Made by a program: the position numbers and the translations under genes | Notes under the pieces: model-generated | What the model was told of the DNA's origin: nothing | What the model saw: the letters and a program-made list of their open reading frames with translations, nothing else | Databases searched by the model: none | Part shown: piece after piece, positions 44,713 through 54,496 of the stretch | Position numbering within the stretch: position 1 is the stretch's first letter | Layout: the number at the start of each line of letters is the position of its first letter | Origin: an uncultured delta proteobacterium | Lineage (GTDB): Bacteria; Myxococcota_A; Polyangia; Polyangiales; B10-G4 | Length of the DNA: 64,000 nt | Direction: 5' to 3' | Assembly (NCBI GenBank): GCA_963727445.1 | Contig: CAVSGI010000008.1 | Coordinates: 160,001-224,000, forward strand

Positions 44713-46959
44713 TCAGAGCGTCATGATCTGACTCGGCACCGGCAAGCTGGTCGCTTCGAGGTTCTGGCCGTTGTCGCTATAGGACACGTCGTTCATCAAG
44801 CGGCCGAGGTCGTAGCCGTCCTGTTGGACGCACGCGCCGATCTCGGCGCCGCGGACTTCGCCCGTTCGAAGATCCAGGTCGCTTCCCTCACCGACGAAGA
44901 CGCCGCAGAGGTTCGCGTCGGAGACTACGAAGCGTTCGACGCCGAGACCGCCAGAAACCGCGGCGACGCCGTAGCCAAAGGGCTCGTCGGAACAGAAGCC
45001 GGTAGAGCAGTCGAACGGCATCGTCTCCTCTACCGTGACGTCGGAGAGCGTCGCGCTCGCGCCGTTGATGGCCAGCACTCCGACGCCGCGGCTGCGAAGC
45101 ACCCGAACCCGGCTCGCGGACAACGTCGCGCCGTCCTGGGTGTGGAGGCCGTGACCGAAGGTGCCATCGGACTGCTGCGCGCGCGTGTCGCGGACCACGG
45201 CGTCGGCAAGCGTCACGTCGCTCCCCACGCCCACGGACATCGCACCCGCCACCCCGGCCTCGTCGATGAGTGCGCGCGTCGCAGAGACCCGTCCACCGTT
45301 CGCAGCGAGCAGCCCCATACCGAAGGCGTCGGTGCCGTCGGCGCGGACGTCCCCCACCAGCACGTCCTCGAGAACGACCGAGGCGCCCGCTCCGTCCGCC
45401 TCGACTCCGACCGTGGTCACGGCCCGAAACGCGGCTCGATGAAACACCAACTCCGCCTCGAACTGCGCCGTGGCGCCACGGCCATCTCTCCCGTCCCCCA
45501 TCGGGGCGACCTCAGCGATCATGGCGTCGTCGAAGCCGACGTGTGCCCCGCCGCCGATCGCGAGGACACCCGTCGAGTGCACGCGGGCGACGAAGAGGCG
45601 GCTGCCGTCGACCCGCGCGCCCTGCTGGGCCACGAGCCCGAAGCCGTTTTTCCCGTCGTCGTCGAGATCCGAATCACGGACCACCAGGTCCGGGATCGTC
45701 ACGGTGGTTCCGGCCCCGACCGCCAGGAGCCCCGCACCTAGACAGTGCTCGGTCACCACGCGTTGCGCGTCGAGCGACGCACCGTCGAAGACCTGGATGC
45801 AGTATCCGGCCCCCACCGTCGAGGACGTGGTGTCGCTCACCACGAGATCCTCGACGACCGCCATCGTCGAGGAACTGCCGACCACCAGCCCCTCGCCGCG
45901 GTTACCTCCCACAAAGCCGCGATGGATCGTCAGCGCGGCGCCCCCTTGGACGTCGATCCCGCGTCCTCCCTCTCCGTCGAGCGCCTGAGGCAGCGTGTCA
46001 GCCACCGTCAGATCGTTCGCCGTGACATTCGAGCCCGACTCTCCGATCAAGAGGCTGACGAGATGGTTCTGCGCGAACACCGCCTGCGCCATCGTCACGG
46101 TCGCTCCACCGTCGACCGCGAGCCCCACGCCGTACTCGCGGCCACTGTCCTCGCGCGTGGAGAACACGGCGACGCGTCGTGCGTCGAGCGTCGCGCCGGT
46201 CGATGCGTAGAGTCCTATCTGCCTCGCTTCCTCCACGACCACGCCGGCGAGGACGAGCGACGCGCCTGCCCCCGTCACCTCGACGCCGCGGGTCGGTCCC
46301 CCGCGGAGCGTCACGTCCCGGAGCTCGGCGGCCTCGCCAGCGGCGGCGAGCTTCACCGAAGCGGTCTCCCCGGGGACGCCCATCACGATCGTCTCCGCCG
46401 CGCAGGCACCGATGACCCGCACACCGGGGCGGAGCGTGATGTTGCCGCTGTAGCTGCCTTTGGCGAGGACGACGGTGGTGCCCGCGGCGAGGGTGGCGAA
46501 GGAGACCGCCGCGAGCGTTCCATAGGGCGCGCTCATCGACCCGTCTCCGCCGGTCGCCCCCGCGCGGACGTAGATCATTCGCGCCGAGGCGGGGACGTCG
46601 GCCGGGAAGTCCCCCGCCGGACACGCAGCCCCGACCGGCGCGCATCCCGCTTCACCGACGAAGTGCGCCTGGCCCGCCGGGCAGTCGGCCATGCCGCTGT
46701 CGGGATAGGGCGCACATGTACTGAACGCGTCCTGCGTCACGGTGCGCCACCCCGCGGGACAGGTGATCTCGGGCAGCGCGACGGGTGGAGCGTCGGCCGC
46801 GAGCCAGTCGATCATGGGGGGCGCGGCGAGCGACGGGCCGGCGTCGACACTTCCGTCGACAGTGGGCCCACCATCGCCAACCGTCCGGCCGCCATCGCAC
46901 CCGGCGAGCAGCCATGCGAATGCGAGGGTTCCGACGGTCCCCAGGTGGAGGATGCGCAT
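44713..46959 (-). CDS. Lipoprotein with right-handed parallel beta-helix repeats
   Basis: LLAGC lipobox, YVRAGATGGDGSMSAPYGTL, repeated GxGxxVxxGA/VVxDT coils. Confidence 0.8.
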   Translation of the reverse strand: MRILHLGTVGTLAFAWLLAGCDGGRTVGDGGPTVDGSVDAGPSLAAPPMIDWLAADAPPVALPEITCPAGWRTVTQDAFSTCAPYPDSGMADCPAGQAHFVGEAGCAPVGAACPAGDFPADVPASARMIYVRAGATGGDGSMSAPYGTLAAVSFATLAAGTTVVLAKGSYSGNITLRPGVRVIGACAAETIVMGVPGETASVKLAAAGEAAELRDVTLRGGPTRGVEVTGAGASLVLAGVVVEEARQIGLYASTGATLDARRVAVFSTREDSGREYGVGLAVDGGATVTMAQAVFAQNHLVSLLIGESGSNVTANDLTVADTLPQALDGEGGRGIDVQGGAALTIHRGFVGGNRGEGLVVGSSSTMAVVEDLVVSDTTSSTVGAGYCIQVFDGASLDAQRVVTEHCLGAGLLAVGAGTTVTIPDLVVRDSDLDDDGKNGFGLVAQQGARVDGSRLFVARVHSTGVLAIGGGAHVGFDDAMIAEVAPMGDGRDGRGATAQFEAELVFHRAAFRAVTTVGVEADGAGASVVLEDVLVGDVRADGTDAFGMGLLAANGGRVSATRALIDEAGVAGAMSVGVGSDVTLADAVVRDTRAQQSDGTFGHGLHTQDGATLSASRVRVLRSRGVGVLAINGASATLSDVTVEETMPFDCSTGFCSDEPFGYGVAAVSGGLGVERFVVSDANLCGVFVGEGSDLDLRTGEVRGAEIGACVQQDGYDLGRLMNDVSYSDNGQNLEATSLPVPSQIMTL

Positions 46960-46989
46960 CCAGGCAATGATATCCGCTATCCTGCAATC
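46960..46989. promoter_or_regulatory. 30-bp bidirectional leaderless-type promoter
   Basis: TATCCT (46978-83, +) 6 nt before GTG 46990; TATCAT (46967-72, -) 7 nt before ATG 46959. Confidence 0.55.
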
Positions 46990-48999
46990 GTGCGGTGCAT
47001 CGCGGCTTTGGTATGCGCCATCGCGTTCGTCGCGGGATGTGGAGACGATGGTGCGCCCGTCGATGCCAGCCCCGACGTCGCGACGGACGCCGCCGTGGAC
47101 AGCGGGCTGGTCTTGCCGCCAGCCCCCGAGGCGCCCATGGCGGCCGCGCTCCCCAATCTCACCCCGTGCGCGGAAGGCTTCTCCGAAGCACAGGTGGGAG
47201 AGACCATCCCGTTCACGATCTGTCTGCCCGCCGCCGCGGACGACTGCCCCGCGGGGGAGCACGCCTTTCTGGATGGATGCCGCGCGGTCGGCGACGCCTG
47301 CCCCACGGGCCGCTTCGCGGACGCGACGGGCGTCGCTTCGCCCATCTACGTCGACTCCATGGCCGCCGCGGGCGGCGACGGAACCGAGGCCGCACCCTTT
47401 TCGACGATCGCCGACGCCCTCGCCGTCGCGACCGCCGGCGACACCATTCTGCTGTCGATGGGTGTTCACGCCGGCGGGGTCACCGTCGGCGACGGCATCT
47501 CGCTCGTCGGCGCCTGCGCAACCGGCACGACCATCGACTCCTCGCCCATGGGCGCGATCATCACCACCGCCGGCGACGACGTGCGCATCGAAAACCTGCG
47601 CGTCACTGGCGACCACTTCGGCGTCCTGGCGAACGCGGGCACCGCCACCCTCGCCGGCGTCGACGTGGATGGCACCGCGAGCGTCGGCGTCGTCGCCAAC
47701 GGCGCCGAGCTCACCCTCGACGACGTCTCCATCCACGACACCCAGCCCACCGACGGAAGCCTCGGGATCGGTCTGGTGGCGATGGGCGCGGCGTCGCACG
47801 TCTCGGCGCAGCGCTTGTCCCTGGTGCGCAACGCCACCTTCAGCGCCGGCGCGAACGTCGGGAGCGTGATCGAGCTCTCGGACACGCGCATCGTCGACAG
47901 TCAGCCGCCGGCTCCCGACGGGCTCGGCGTCGCGATGTCGGCCATCGCGGGCAGCCGCATCACGTGCGAGCGCTGCGCCATCGAGCGCGCCTTCGGCCTC
48001 GCCGTCGACGCGGGCGGCATGGGCTCGAGCGTCACCCTCATCGACACGATCGTCGACGAGACCCTTCAGGCGACCGGCGGCGAGGAGTCGGCCTTCGCGG
48101 TCCTGGCGCGCGACGCATCGCACGTCGAGCTCCATCGCACCGCCGTGACGCACACCGCGATCGCCGGCGTCGTGCTCGCTGCCGGATCTTCCGGCGTCCT
48201 GACCGATGTCGTCATCCACGACACGCGTATCGACGTGGGCCTCGTGGGATACGCTCGCAGCACCACGACGGCCGAGCGCCTCGCCGTGAACAGCGCGAGC
48301 GGGGTCGCCGTGCACTACACGGACCCCTCCGCGACCGTCAGCTTCACCGACCTCACGGTCGTCGACACCCGCGCGCGAGAGACCGACGGACTGGGTGGGC
48401 GCGGCATGGAGGTGAGCGCGGGCGTCGACATGACCCTCACCCGCGCCCACTTCGAGAACGTGCGAGAGGTCGCCATGCTGATCGACCAGGGCGCGACCGT
48501 GACCGCGACCGATCTACGCATCCTGAACACGATCCCCAACCTCGGCGTGGGCCGCGGAATCAACGTCCAGGGTGCGGCGAGCTTCGTGGGGGAGCGCGTC
48601 GAGATCACGGGAAGCTCCGAGGTCGGGTTCTTCGCCTATTCGGAGGGAACCACCGCCAGCCTGCGCGACGTCGAGATCGCGGACACCCTGGCGCGCGATT
48701 GCCCGGACGACGCGTGTCTTCCGGGCGCGGGTATGGGCTTCGTCGTCTTCGACAAGGCTTCACTCGACGCGACGAGCTTCCTGCTCGCTCGCAACGCGCT
48801 CGCCGGCTTGCAGCTCGTGGACGCCGACGTCACCTGGTCGGCGGGCGTCGTCCGCGACCATCCGATCGGCGTGAACATCCAGCTCGCCCCCATCGATGCG
48901 ACCACCCTCACGGAAAACGTCGTCTACATCGACAACGGCCAGAACCTCGATGCCACCGCGCTGCCCACGCCCGCCCCCGCACCGAGCGTGTCGCCCTGA
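46990..48999 (+). CDS. Paralogous beta-helix lipoprotein
   Basis: FVAGC lipobox, YVDSMAAAGGDGTEAAPFSTI, C-terminus YIDNGQNLDATALP matches partner YSDNGQNLEATSLP. Confidence 0.8.
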   Translation: MRCIAALVCAIAFVAGCGDDGAPVDASPDVATDAAVDSGLVLPPAPEAPMAAALPNLTPCAEGFSEAQVGETIPFTICLPAAADDCPAGEHAFLDGCRAVGDACPTGRFADATGVASPIYVDSMAAAGGDGTEAAPFSTIADALAVATAGDTILLSMGVHAGGVTVGDGISLVGACATGTTIDSSPMGAIITTAGDDVRIENLRVTGDHFGVLANAGTATLAGVDVDGTASVGVVANGAELTLDDVSIHDTQPTDGSLGIGLVAMGAASHVSAQRLSLVRNATFSAGANVGSVIELSDTRIVDSQPPAPDGLGVAMSAIAGSRITCERCAIERAFGLAVDAGGMGSSVTLIDTIVDETLQATGGEESAFAVLARDASHVELHRTAVTHTAIAGVVLAAGSSGVLTDVVIHDTRIDVGLVGYARSTTTAERLAVNSASGVAVHYTDPSATVSFTDLTVVDTRARETDGLGGRGMEVSAGVDMTLTRAHFENVREVAMLIDQGATVTATDLRILNTIPNLGVGRGINVQGAASFVGERVEITGSSEVGFFAYSEGTTASLRDVEIADTLARDCPDDACLPGAGMGFVVFDKASLDATSFLLARNALAGLQLVDADVTWSAGVVRDHPIGVNIQLAPIDATTLTENVVYIDNGQNLDATALPTPAPAPSVSP

Positions 49000-49009
49000 G
49001 CGCTGCTGA

Positions 49010-49561
49010 TCAGCGAGCGCGGGCGTAGGTGCCCATCAGCTGCGCCTCGGCGAGCACGTGATCGCGCATCGCCGACTCGACCTCCGCTTTGGTCGCACCC
49101 TCGGCGAGGCCGAGCGGCGCGTCGAGGGCATAGAGCTTGAAGAAGTACCGATGCGCTGCACCGGGCGGCGGACACGGACCGCCCCAGCCCAGGTTGCCGA
49201 AGTCGTTGCGCCCCTGCATCGCCGGCGACTCGCCGGGAACCGCCGCGCCCGCACCTTCGGCGACCGCGCGCGCGTCGCGGGGAATGTCGTAGTAGACCCA
49301 GTGCACCCACGTGCCACGTGGCGCGTCGGGATCGTCGACGATCAGCGCGAAGGCCTGGGTGTGATCGGGGACATCGGCGATCGCCAGGGCGGGTGAGACG
49401 TCCTCCCCGTCGCAGGTGAAGCGCTGCGGGATGGGCTCGCCTTCGGTGATCGCGGTGCTGGTGAGATGCATGGTGACCTCCGGATCGGGCGCGGAGCTGG
49501 CGCAATACCCGCCACAGCCGGCGACCAGGAGCAGAAGGAGGTGGAGGCTGCGCGGGGTCAT
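49010..49561 (-). CDS. YbhB/YbcL (PEBP/RKIP-like) protein
   Basis: FTCDGEDVSP, DDPDAP..WVHW, GRNDFG..GWGGPCPP..HRYFFKLYALD. Confidence 0.93.
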   Translation of the reverse strand: MTPRSLHLLLLLVAGCGGYCASSAPDPEVTMHLTSTAITEGEPIPQRFTCDGEDVSPALAIADVPDHTQAFALIVDDPDAPRGTWVHWVYYDIPRDARAVAEGAGAAVPGESPAMQGRNDFGNLGWGGPCPPPGAAHRYFFKLYALDAPLGLAEGATKAEVESAMRDHVLAEAQLMGTYARAR

Positions 49562-49643
49562 TGGATCACCTTTCAAGTGCTTCCCGAGGAGCGCGCGTCA
49601 ATTGTCGCCAATTTCCGCCGTAATTATCGGCCGCGGAGGCCCC

Positions 49644-49668
49644 GTTGATATTGACATTGACTTTCAAC
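49644..49668. promoter_or_regulatory. Putative Fur box upstream of bfd-bfr
   Basis: GATATTGACATTGACTTTC matches the 19-bp Fur consensus at 13/19, within a GTTGA...TCAAC palindrome; AT-rich island in GC-rich DNA. Confidence 0.6.
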
Positions 49669-49694
49669 ATCACCGGATGCAGATCAAAGGGGTC

Positions 49695-49910
49695 ATGCTG
49701 GTGTGCCATTGCAAGCGCGTCAACGACAAGGTCATCCGCAGCGCCATCCGCGAGGGCGCTGATGACATCGACTCCGTGGGCGCGGCCTGCGGCGCGGGCA
49801 CCTGCTGCGGCGGCTGTCACGACACCATCGACGAGCTGCTCGAGTCGGAGCGCGGCGAAAGGCGGCTTCTACCGATGCTCGCCATGACAGCCCTCGTCAC
49901 CGGGCGCTGA
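49695..49910 (+). CDS. bfd: Bacterioferritin-associated ferredoxin
   Basis: MLVCHCKRV...GAGTCCGGC; directly upstream of bfr. Confidence 0.9.
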   Translation: MLVCHCKRVNDKVIRSAIREGADDIDSVGAACGAGTCCGGCHDTIDELLESERGERRLLPMLAMTALVTGR

Positions 49911-49929
49911 CGGCGCTAGGGTCCGGCCC

Positions 49930-50394
49930 ATGAAGGGCGACCCAGACGTCATCGAATTGTTGAACGCCGTGCTCACCTCCGAGCTGACGGCGATCAACCA
50001 GTACTTCATCCACTACAAGATGTGCGCGAACTGGGGCTACGGCGCGATCGCCGAAAAGAAGCGCTCCGAATCGATCGAGGAGATGAAGCACGCCGACGAG
50101 GTGATGGAGCGGATCCTCTTTCTCGATGGCGTCCCCAACATGCAGCGCCTGAATTCGGTGCGCGTCGGCGAAGACGTCAAGGAGATGCACGAGCTCGACC
50201 TCGCTCTCGAGCTCGAAGCGCGGACGCGCCTGGTCGACGGCATCGCGCTCTGCCGCACCAAGAAGGACGAGGGCACGCGCATGCTCCTCGAGCACATCCT
50301 CGAGCAGGAAGAGGAAGGCATCGACTGGCTCGAGACCGAGCTTCACGTCATCGGCCAGATCGGCATCGAGCGCTACCTCGCCGAGAAGCTCTGA
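49930..50394 (+). CDS. bfr: Bacterioferritin
   Basis: MKGD..ELTAINQYF, ESIEEMKHAD, ERILFLDG.PN, IDWLETEL. Confidence 0.96.
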   Translation: MKGDPDVIELLNAVLTSELTAINQYFIHYKMCANWGYGAIAEKKRSESIEEMKHADEVMERILFLDGVPNMQRLNSVRVGEDVKEMHELDLALELEARTRLVDGIALCRTKKDEGTRMLLEHILEQEEEGIDWLETELHVIGQIGIERYLAEKL

Positions 50395-50435
50395 GCGGCA
50401 GGCTCGACGTCGTATCGGTCGCACCGTCTCGCACC

Positions 50436-52046
50436 TCAGCGCGCGGGATAGAAGGAGACGGCGAGGCGCATGCGTTCAACCGCCCCCGGGCCGTAGCTGA
50501 CCTGTCGCAGCTGGACAATCGCGCATTGGTTGAACTCGGGATAGTGGTTTCCCACCGCGTGAATGGCGTGCGGCGAGCCATGCTCGTCGAGGTCGATGAG
50601 GAAATCGACGCCGCGATCGCTCCGCGGCTCCGGCACCCCGCGGGGCCAACAGGACGTGAGGTCGGCGACGCCGCGCAACCGAGACAGGACGTCCCTTGCG
50701 CGTCGGGAGCGAAACTCGCCGCCGGCGAAGACCACCTCGACCAGGCGCCTGCCGCCTGACCGCATGCGTCCGCGCTTCGTGCGGCGTTCTGCGCCGGCGC
50801 CGCCTTCCGCGTTGGCGTCGGGTCCCACGTGGGCGGCGGCATCGGCGACGGGGACGACCACCGGGAGGGCCACGGCCTCGGTGGCGGGTACGACGGCGGT
50901 CGGCGCGACGGCCAGCGGCGCCGTGTCCTCTTCGCGGTCCGCGTCACCGACCCACAGCCACGTTCCCACCGCGCCGGCCAGCGCGACCAGGAGCAGGACG
51001 GAAGCCGTGACCAGCACGCGAGGCCACCGGCGCTCCTCCGCCTCGTTCGAGACGTCGGCGGCGCGCCCCGGGAGCTCGGCTCGGGTCGGCGGCGCCTGCG
51101 GGGTCGACTCCTCCGGGGCGTAGGAGACCCGCAGCGACGCGAGGTCGGCGGGCGGACGCCAGTCGACGATCGTCGACTTGGCCGTCGCGTCGAGTGACGC
51201 GAGCGCGTCGTTCATCTCCTCCGCGCTCTGGTAGCGCGCTTCGGGGTCGTGGGCGATCGCGCGCTCGATGATCTCGCCGAGTCGTCCGAGCCTCGGGGAG
51301 CGTTCGTGGATGCGCGCGCGCTCGTCGGCGACCATCCGTTTGAGGATGTCCACGTAGTCTCCGCGTCCGTAGGGCGGCTCACCGGCGAAGATGCGGTGCA
51401 GGATCGCACCCACCGAATAGACGTCCGCAGTCGGCCCGGCCGGCTCGCCCATCGCCTGCTGCGGCGACATGTACGAGGGCGTGCCCACCACCTGACCGGT
51501 CGACGTGAGGCGCGTCATCGCGTCGCTCATGGCGAGGCGCGCCACGCCGTAGTCGACGACCTTGGCGATCTCGCCAGCGCCGCCACGCCCCTCGACGAGC
51601 ATCACGTTCGCCGGCTTGAGGTCGCGATGCACGACGCCGATCGCATGACCCGCCGCGACGGCCGCGAGCACCTGCCGCGCGATGCGGATCGCGCGCTGGG
51701 CGTCGAAGGTCTCACCGCGCTTCAATCGCTCGCTCAGCGACGCGCCCTCGAGGAGCTCCATCGCGATGAAGGGCGGCTCGCCCCCGCCGCCGCCAGCGGT
51801 GATCACCTCGACGACATGCGGATGTGAGATGCGCGCCATGACCTCGGCTTCGCGCGCGAAGCGGCGCATCACCTCGTCGTCTTCGCCGAGCCCGGGATGA
51901 ATGAGCTTGATCGCGACCGCGCGTCCCGTCGCGACCTCGATCCCCGCGAAGACGGCACCCATGCCCCCGCGGCCGAGGGCGCGGTCGAGGCGGAAGCGCC
52001 CGCCGCCGACGTTGGTGCCCACGAGCTCGAGGAGTCGTTCGTGCAT
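50436..52046 (-). CDS. Ser/Thr protein kinase (TM plus extracellular domain)
   Basis: GRGGMGAVF, VAIK, HRDLKPAN, KVVDYG, GTPSYMSP. Confidence 0.92.
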   Translation of the reverse strand: MHERLLELVGTNVGGGRFRLDRALGRGGMGAVFAGIEVATGRAVAIKLIHPGLGEDDEVMRRFAREAEVMARISHPHVVEVITAGGGGGEPPFIAMELLEGASLSERLKRGETFDAQRAIRIARQVLAAVAAGHAIGVVHRDLKPANVMLVEGRGGAGEIAKVVDYGVARLAMSDAMTRLTSTGQVVGTPSYMSPQQAMGEPAGPTADVYSVGAILHRIFAGEPPYGRGDYVDILKRMVADERARIHERSPRLGRLGEIIERAIAHDPEARYQSAEEMNDALASLDATAKSTIVDWRPPADLASLRVSYAPEESTPQAPPTRAELPGRAADVSNEAEERRWPRVLVTASVLLLVALAGAVGTWLWVGDADREEDTAPLAVAPTAVVPATEAVALPVVVPVADAAAHVGPDANAEGGAGAERRTKRGRMRSGGRRLVEVVFAGGEFRSRRARDVLSRLRGVADLTSCWPRGVPEPRSDRGVDFLIDLDEHGSPHAIHAVGNHYPEFNQCAIVQLRQVSYGPGAVERMRLAVSFYPAR

Positions 52047-52096
52047 GTCCCGCGAGGATTCTAACGGGCTTGGTGCGGGCCCAAGAGACGGTGATT

Positions 52097-53680
52097 TCAG
52101 AGGGCTTGGAAGAAGGAGTAGTGCAAGACGACCGTCTCTGCCTCGCCGAAACGGAATTGGACGCGCTCGAGCTTGTGCGTCGCGCACCGGTTGAACTCGG
52201 GGTATGCGGACGTGGTTTCGACGGATTGCACCGCGCCCCACTGGTCGAGCTCGATGCGCAGGTCGGCGCCTCGATTGAAGTTCGGCGGCACCGGCGCGCC
52301 GAGAGGCCAGCACGCCGAGAGGTCGGCTCGATCGCCCAGGCTCATCCGAATCGTGTCTCGGCGCGAGCCGAGGTCGCCGCCGGTGAAGTTCACGACGGCC
52401 AGGCGCCTGACGCGCCTGGCGATTTGCGAACGCATCCCAGTCTCGGCGCTTCTCGTGGTCGCATGCGCGTCTTCTCGCGCATCGCCGCCTGCGTCTCTGG
52501 CGACGGGCTCCTCGGGGGCGACGAGCGCGACGGCTTCGGTTGGCGCGATGATGGGGGACGAGGGAGACGTCAGCTCCGGGCTCGGGACATCGCCATGGGT
52601 CGCGTCGAACCACAGCCAGGTGCCGAGCCCGCCGCCGAGCGCAATGAACGCGAACAAGACGAAGACCAAGAGAGGGCGCGCTCGTGACGCGCGGGGAGCG
52701 CCGACGTGGGCCTCGGTTTTCGGGCGTGGCTCGCGCACCGGCGGGTCGTCCGCGGCGGCGGGGAGGCGCAGAGAAGCGAGGTCCGGCGGCGGACGCCAAT
52801 CGAGGATCGTCGTCTTCGCCTTCGCGTCGATCGAGGCGAGCGCGTCGTTCATCTCGTCCGCGCTCTGGTAGCGAGCTTCGGGCTCGTACGCGACGGCGCG
52901 CTCGATGATCTCCCCCAGGCGACCGAGCCCCTCCACACGCTCCTGGATGCGTGAGCGCTCGTCCACGACCATGCGCTTCAACAGATCGATGTACTGCCCG
53001 CTGCCGTACGGCGGCTCCCCCGCGACGAGACGATGCAGGATCGCGCCGACCGCGTAGATATCGGCCTCCGGCCCCACGGGCTCGCCCATCGCCTGCTGCG
53101 GCGACATGTAGGAAGGCGTCCCCACCACCTGCCCGGTCGCCGTGAGCCGCGTCATCGCGTCGCTCATCGCCAAACGCGCCACGCCGTAGTCGACGACCTT
53201 CGCGATCTCCTCGCCGCCCGGCCCGGAGACCAGCATCACGTTCGCCGGCTTGAGGTCGCGATGCACGACGCCGATCGCATGACCCGCCGCGACCGCGGCG
53301 AGCACCTGCCGCGCGATGCGGACGGCGCGCTGGGCATCGAAGGTCTCACCGCGCTTCAATCGCTCGCTCAGCGACGCGCCCTCGAGGAGCTCCATCGCGA
53401 TGAAGGGCGGCTCGCCCTGCCCTCCCCCTGCCGCGATCACCTCGACCACGTGCGGGTGTGAAAGGCGCGTCGTGACCTCGGCCTCGCGCTGAAAGCGCTT
53501 CATCGCCGCGCTCTCTTCGGCGAGCCCCGGATGCATCAGCTTGATCGCCACCGCGCGCCCCGTCGCGACCTCGACCGCCGCGAAGACCGCCCCCATGCCG
53601 CCATGGCCGAGCACGCGATCGAGGCGAAAGCGCCCCTGACCGACCGTCTTACCCACGAGCGCCAGGAGACCTTCGTGCAT
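52097..53680 (-). CDS. Ser/Thr protein kinase, tandem paralog
   Basis: Same motifs and architecture as 50436..52046. Confidence 0.92.
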   Translation of the reverse strand: MHEGLLALVGKTVGQGRFRLDRVLGHGGMGAVFAAVEVATGRAVAIKLMHPGLAEESAAMKRFQREAEVTTRLSHPHVVEVIAAGGGQGEPPFIAMELLEGASLSERLKRGETFDAQRAVRIARQVLAAVAAGHAIGVVHRDLKPANVMLVSGPGGEEIAKVVDYGVARLAMSDAMTRLTATGQVVGTPSYMSPQQAMGEPVGPEADIYAVGAILHRLVAGEPPYGSGQYIDLLKRMVVDERSRIQERVEGLGRLGEIIERAVAYEPEARYQSADEMNDALASIDAKAKTTILDWRPPPDLASLRLPAAADDPPVREPRPKTEAHVGAPRASRARPLLVFVLFAFIALGGGLGTWLWFDATHGDVPSPELTSPSSPIIAPTEAVALVAPEEPVARDAGGDAREDAHATTRSAETGMRSQIARRVRRLAVVNFTGGDLGSRRDTIRMSLGDRADLSACWPLGAPVPPNFNRGADLRIELDQWGAVQSVETTSAYPEFNRCATHKLERVQFRFGEAETVVLHYSFFQAL

Positions 53681-53711
53681 CCCGCCGGCCAGTCTACTAT
53701 CGGCGCCGCCG

Positions 53712-54461
53712 ATGACCGACGAAGGCGACGACCTGGCTGTGGTGCCCCCCGGAGGCTCGGTTCAATTGCGGATCGTCTGCGCCATCCTCGCGAGCGCCGC
53801 GCGTCTGGTCCCGGTGCCTTTCGTCGACGACGTGTTGCGCGAGCGCATCACCCAGATCGTCGTCAAGCAGACGCTCGCCGCGCACGGGCGCGACTATTCG
53901 AGCAGCCGACTGAAGCCGCTCTGGACCGACAGCGGTGGGTGTGCGAGCGGGTGCCTCGTCGCGGCGCTCAAGGTGCCGTTGATCCTGATCACCTATCCGT
54001 TCCGCAAGGTGTGGGCGTGGCTGATGGCGGTGCGGCATCTGTCACGGGACCTGACGACGATGGTGCTCCTCGGGCGCGCGCTCGATCGTTCGCTCTCGCT
54101 GGGCCGGCTCGCAGACGGCGAGGGGCTGGAGGCGGAGGCGGAGCAGTGGAGCCGGGCCTTCGACAATGCCGTCTCGGGCATGGACACCAAGGTGCTCACG
54201 AGCGGCCTCGCGAGCGCGCTGTCCAGCGTGAAGGGCCTCGGGAGCTCGGCGGTGCGCACGCTCCGGAGCTTGTGGCGCAAGCGCCAGGCGGGCGACGTCG
54301 TGGAGGTGGATGTGCCGGATTCGGAGAAGAAGGTGCTCGAGGAGGGCGCGCGCAGCGTCGAAGCGGTGCTCGCCAAGCCCGAGATCGTCGCGCTCCTCGA
54401 ACGCTTCGATGCGCGCTTCGAGGACAACCTGAAGGTGCTGGCAGCGCGAAACGAGGGGTGA
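53712..54461 (+). CDS. Hypothetical protein (VPVPF motif)
   Basis: 249-aa ORF; similar to 27814..28503. Confidence 0.7.
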   Translation: MTDEGDDLAVVPPGGSVQLRIVCAILASAARLVPVPFVDDVLRERITQIVVKQTLAAHGRDYSSSRLKPLWTDSGGCASGCLVAALKVPLILITYPFRKVWAWLMAVRHLSRDLTTMVLLGRALDRSLSLGRLADGEGLEAEAEQWSRAFDNAVSGMDTKVLTSGLASALSSVKGLGSSAVRTLRSLWRKRQAGDVVEVDVPDSEKKVLEEGARSVEAVLAKPEIVALLERFDARFEDNLKVLAARNEG

Positions 54462-54496
54462 TGGCGCGTCGGCCCGCGCGCCGGTATCTTTCGCGC

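Noticed and set aside
44713..48999. 1245-aa and 1084-aa overlapping giant ORFs
   Set aside because: The N-terminal extensions are antisense read-through of the partner gene; lipobox starts are at 46959 and 46990
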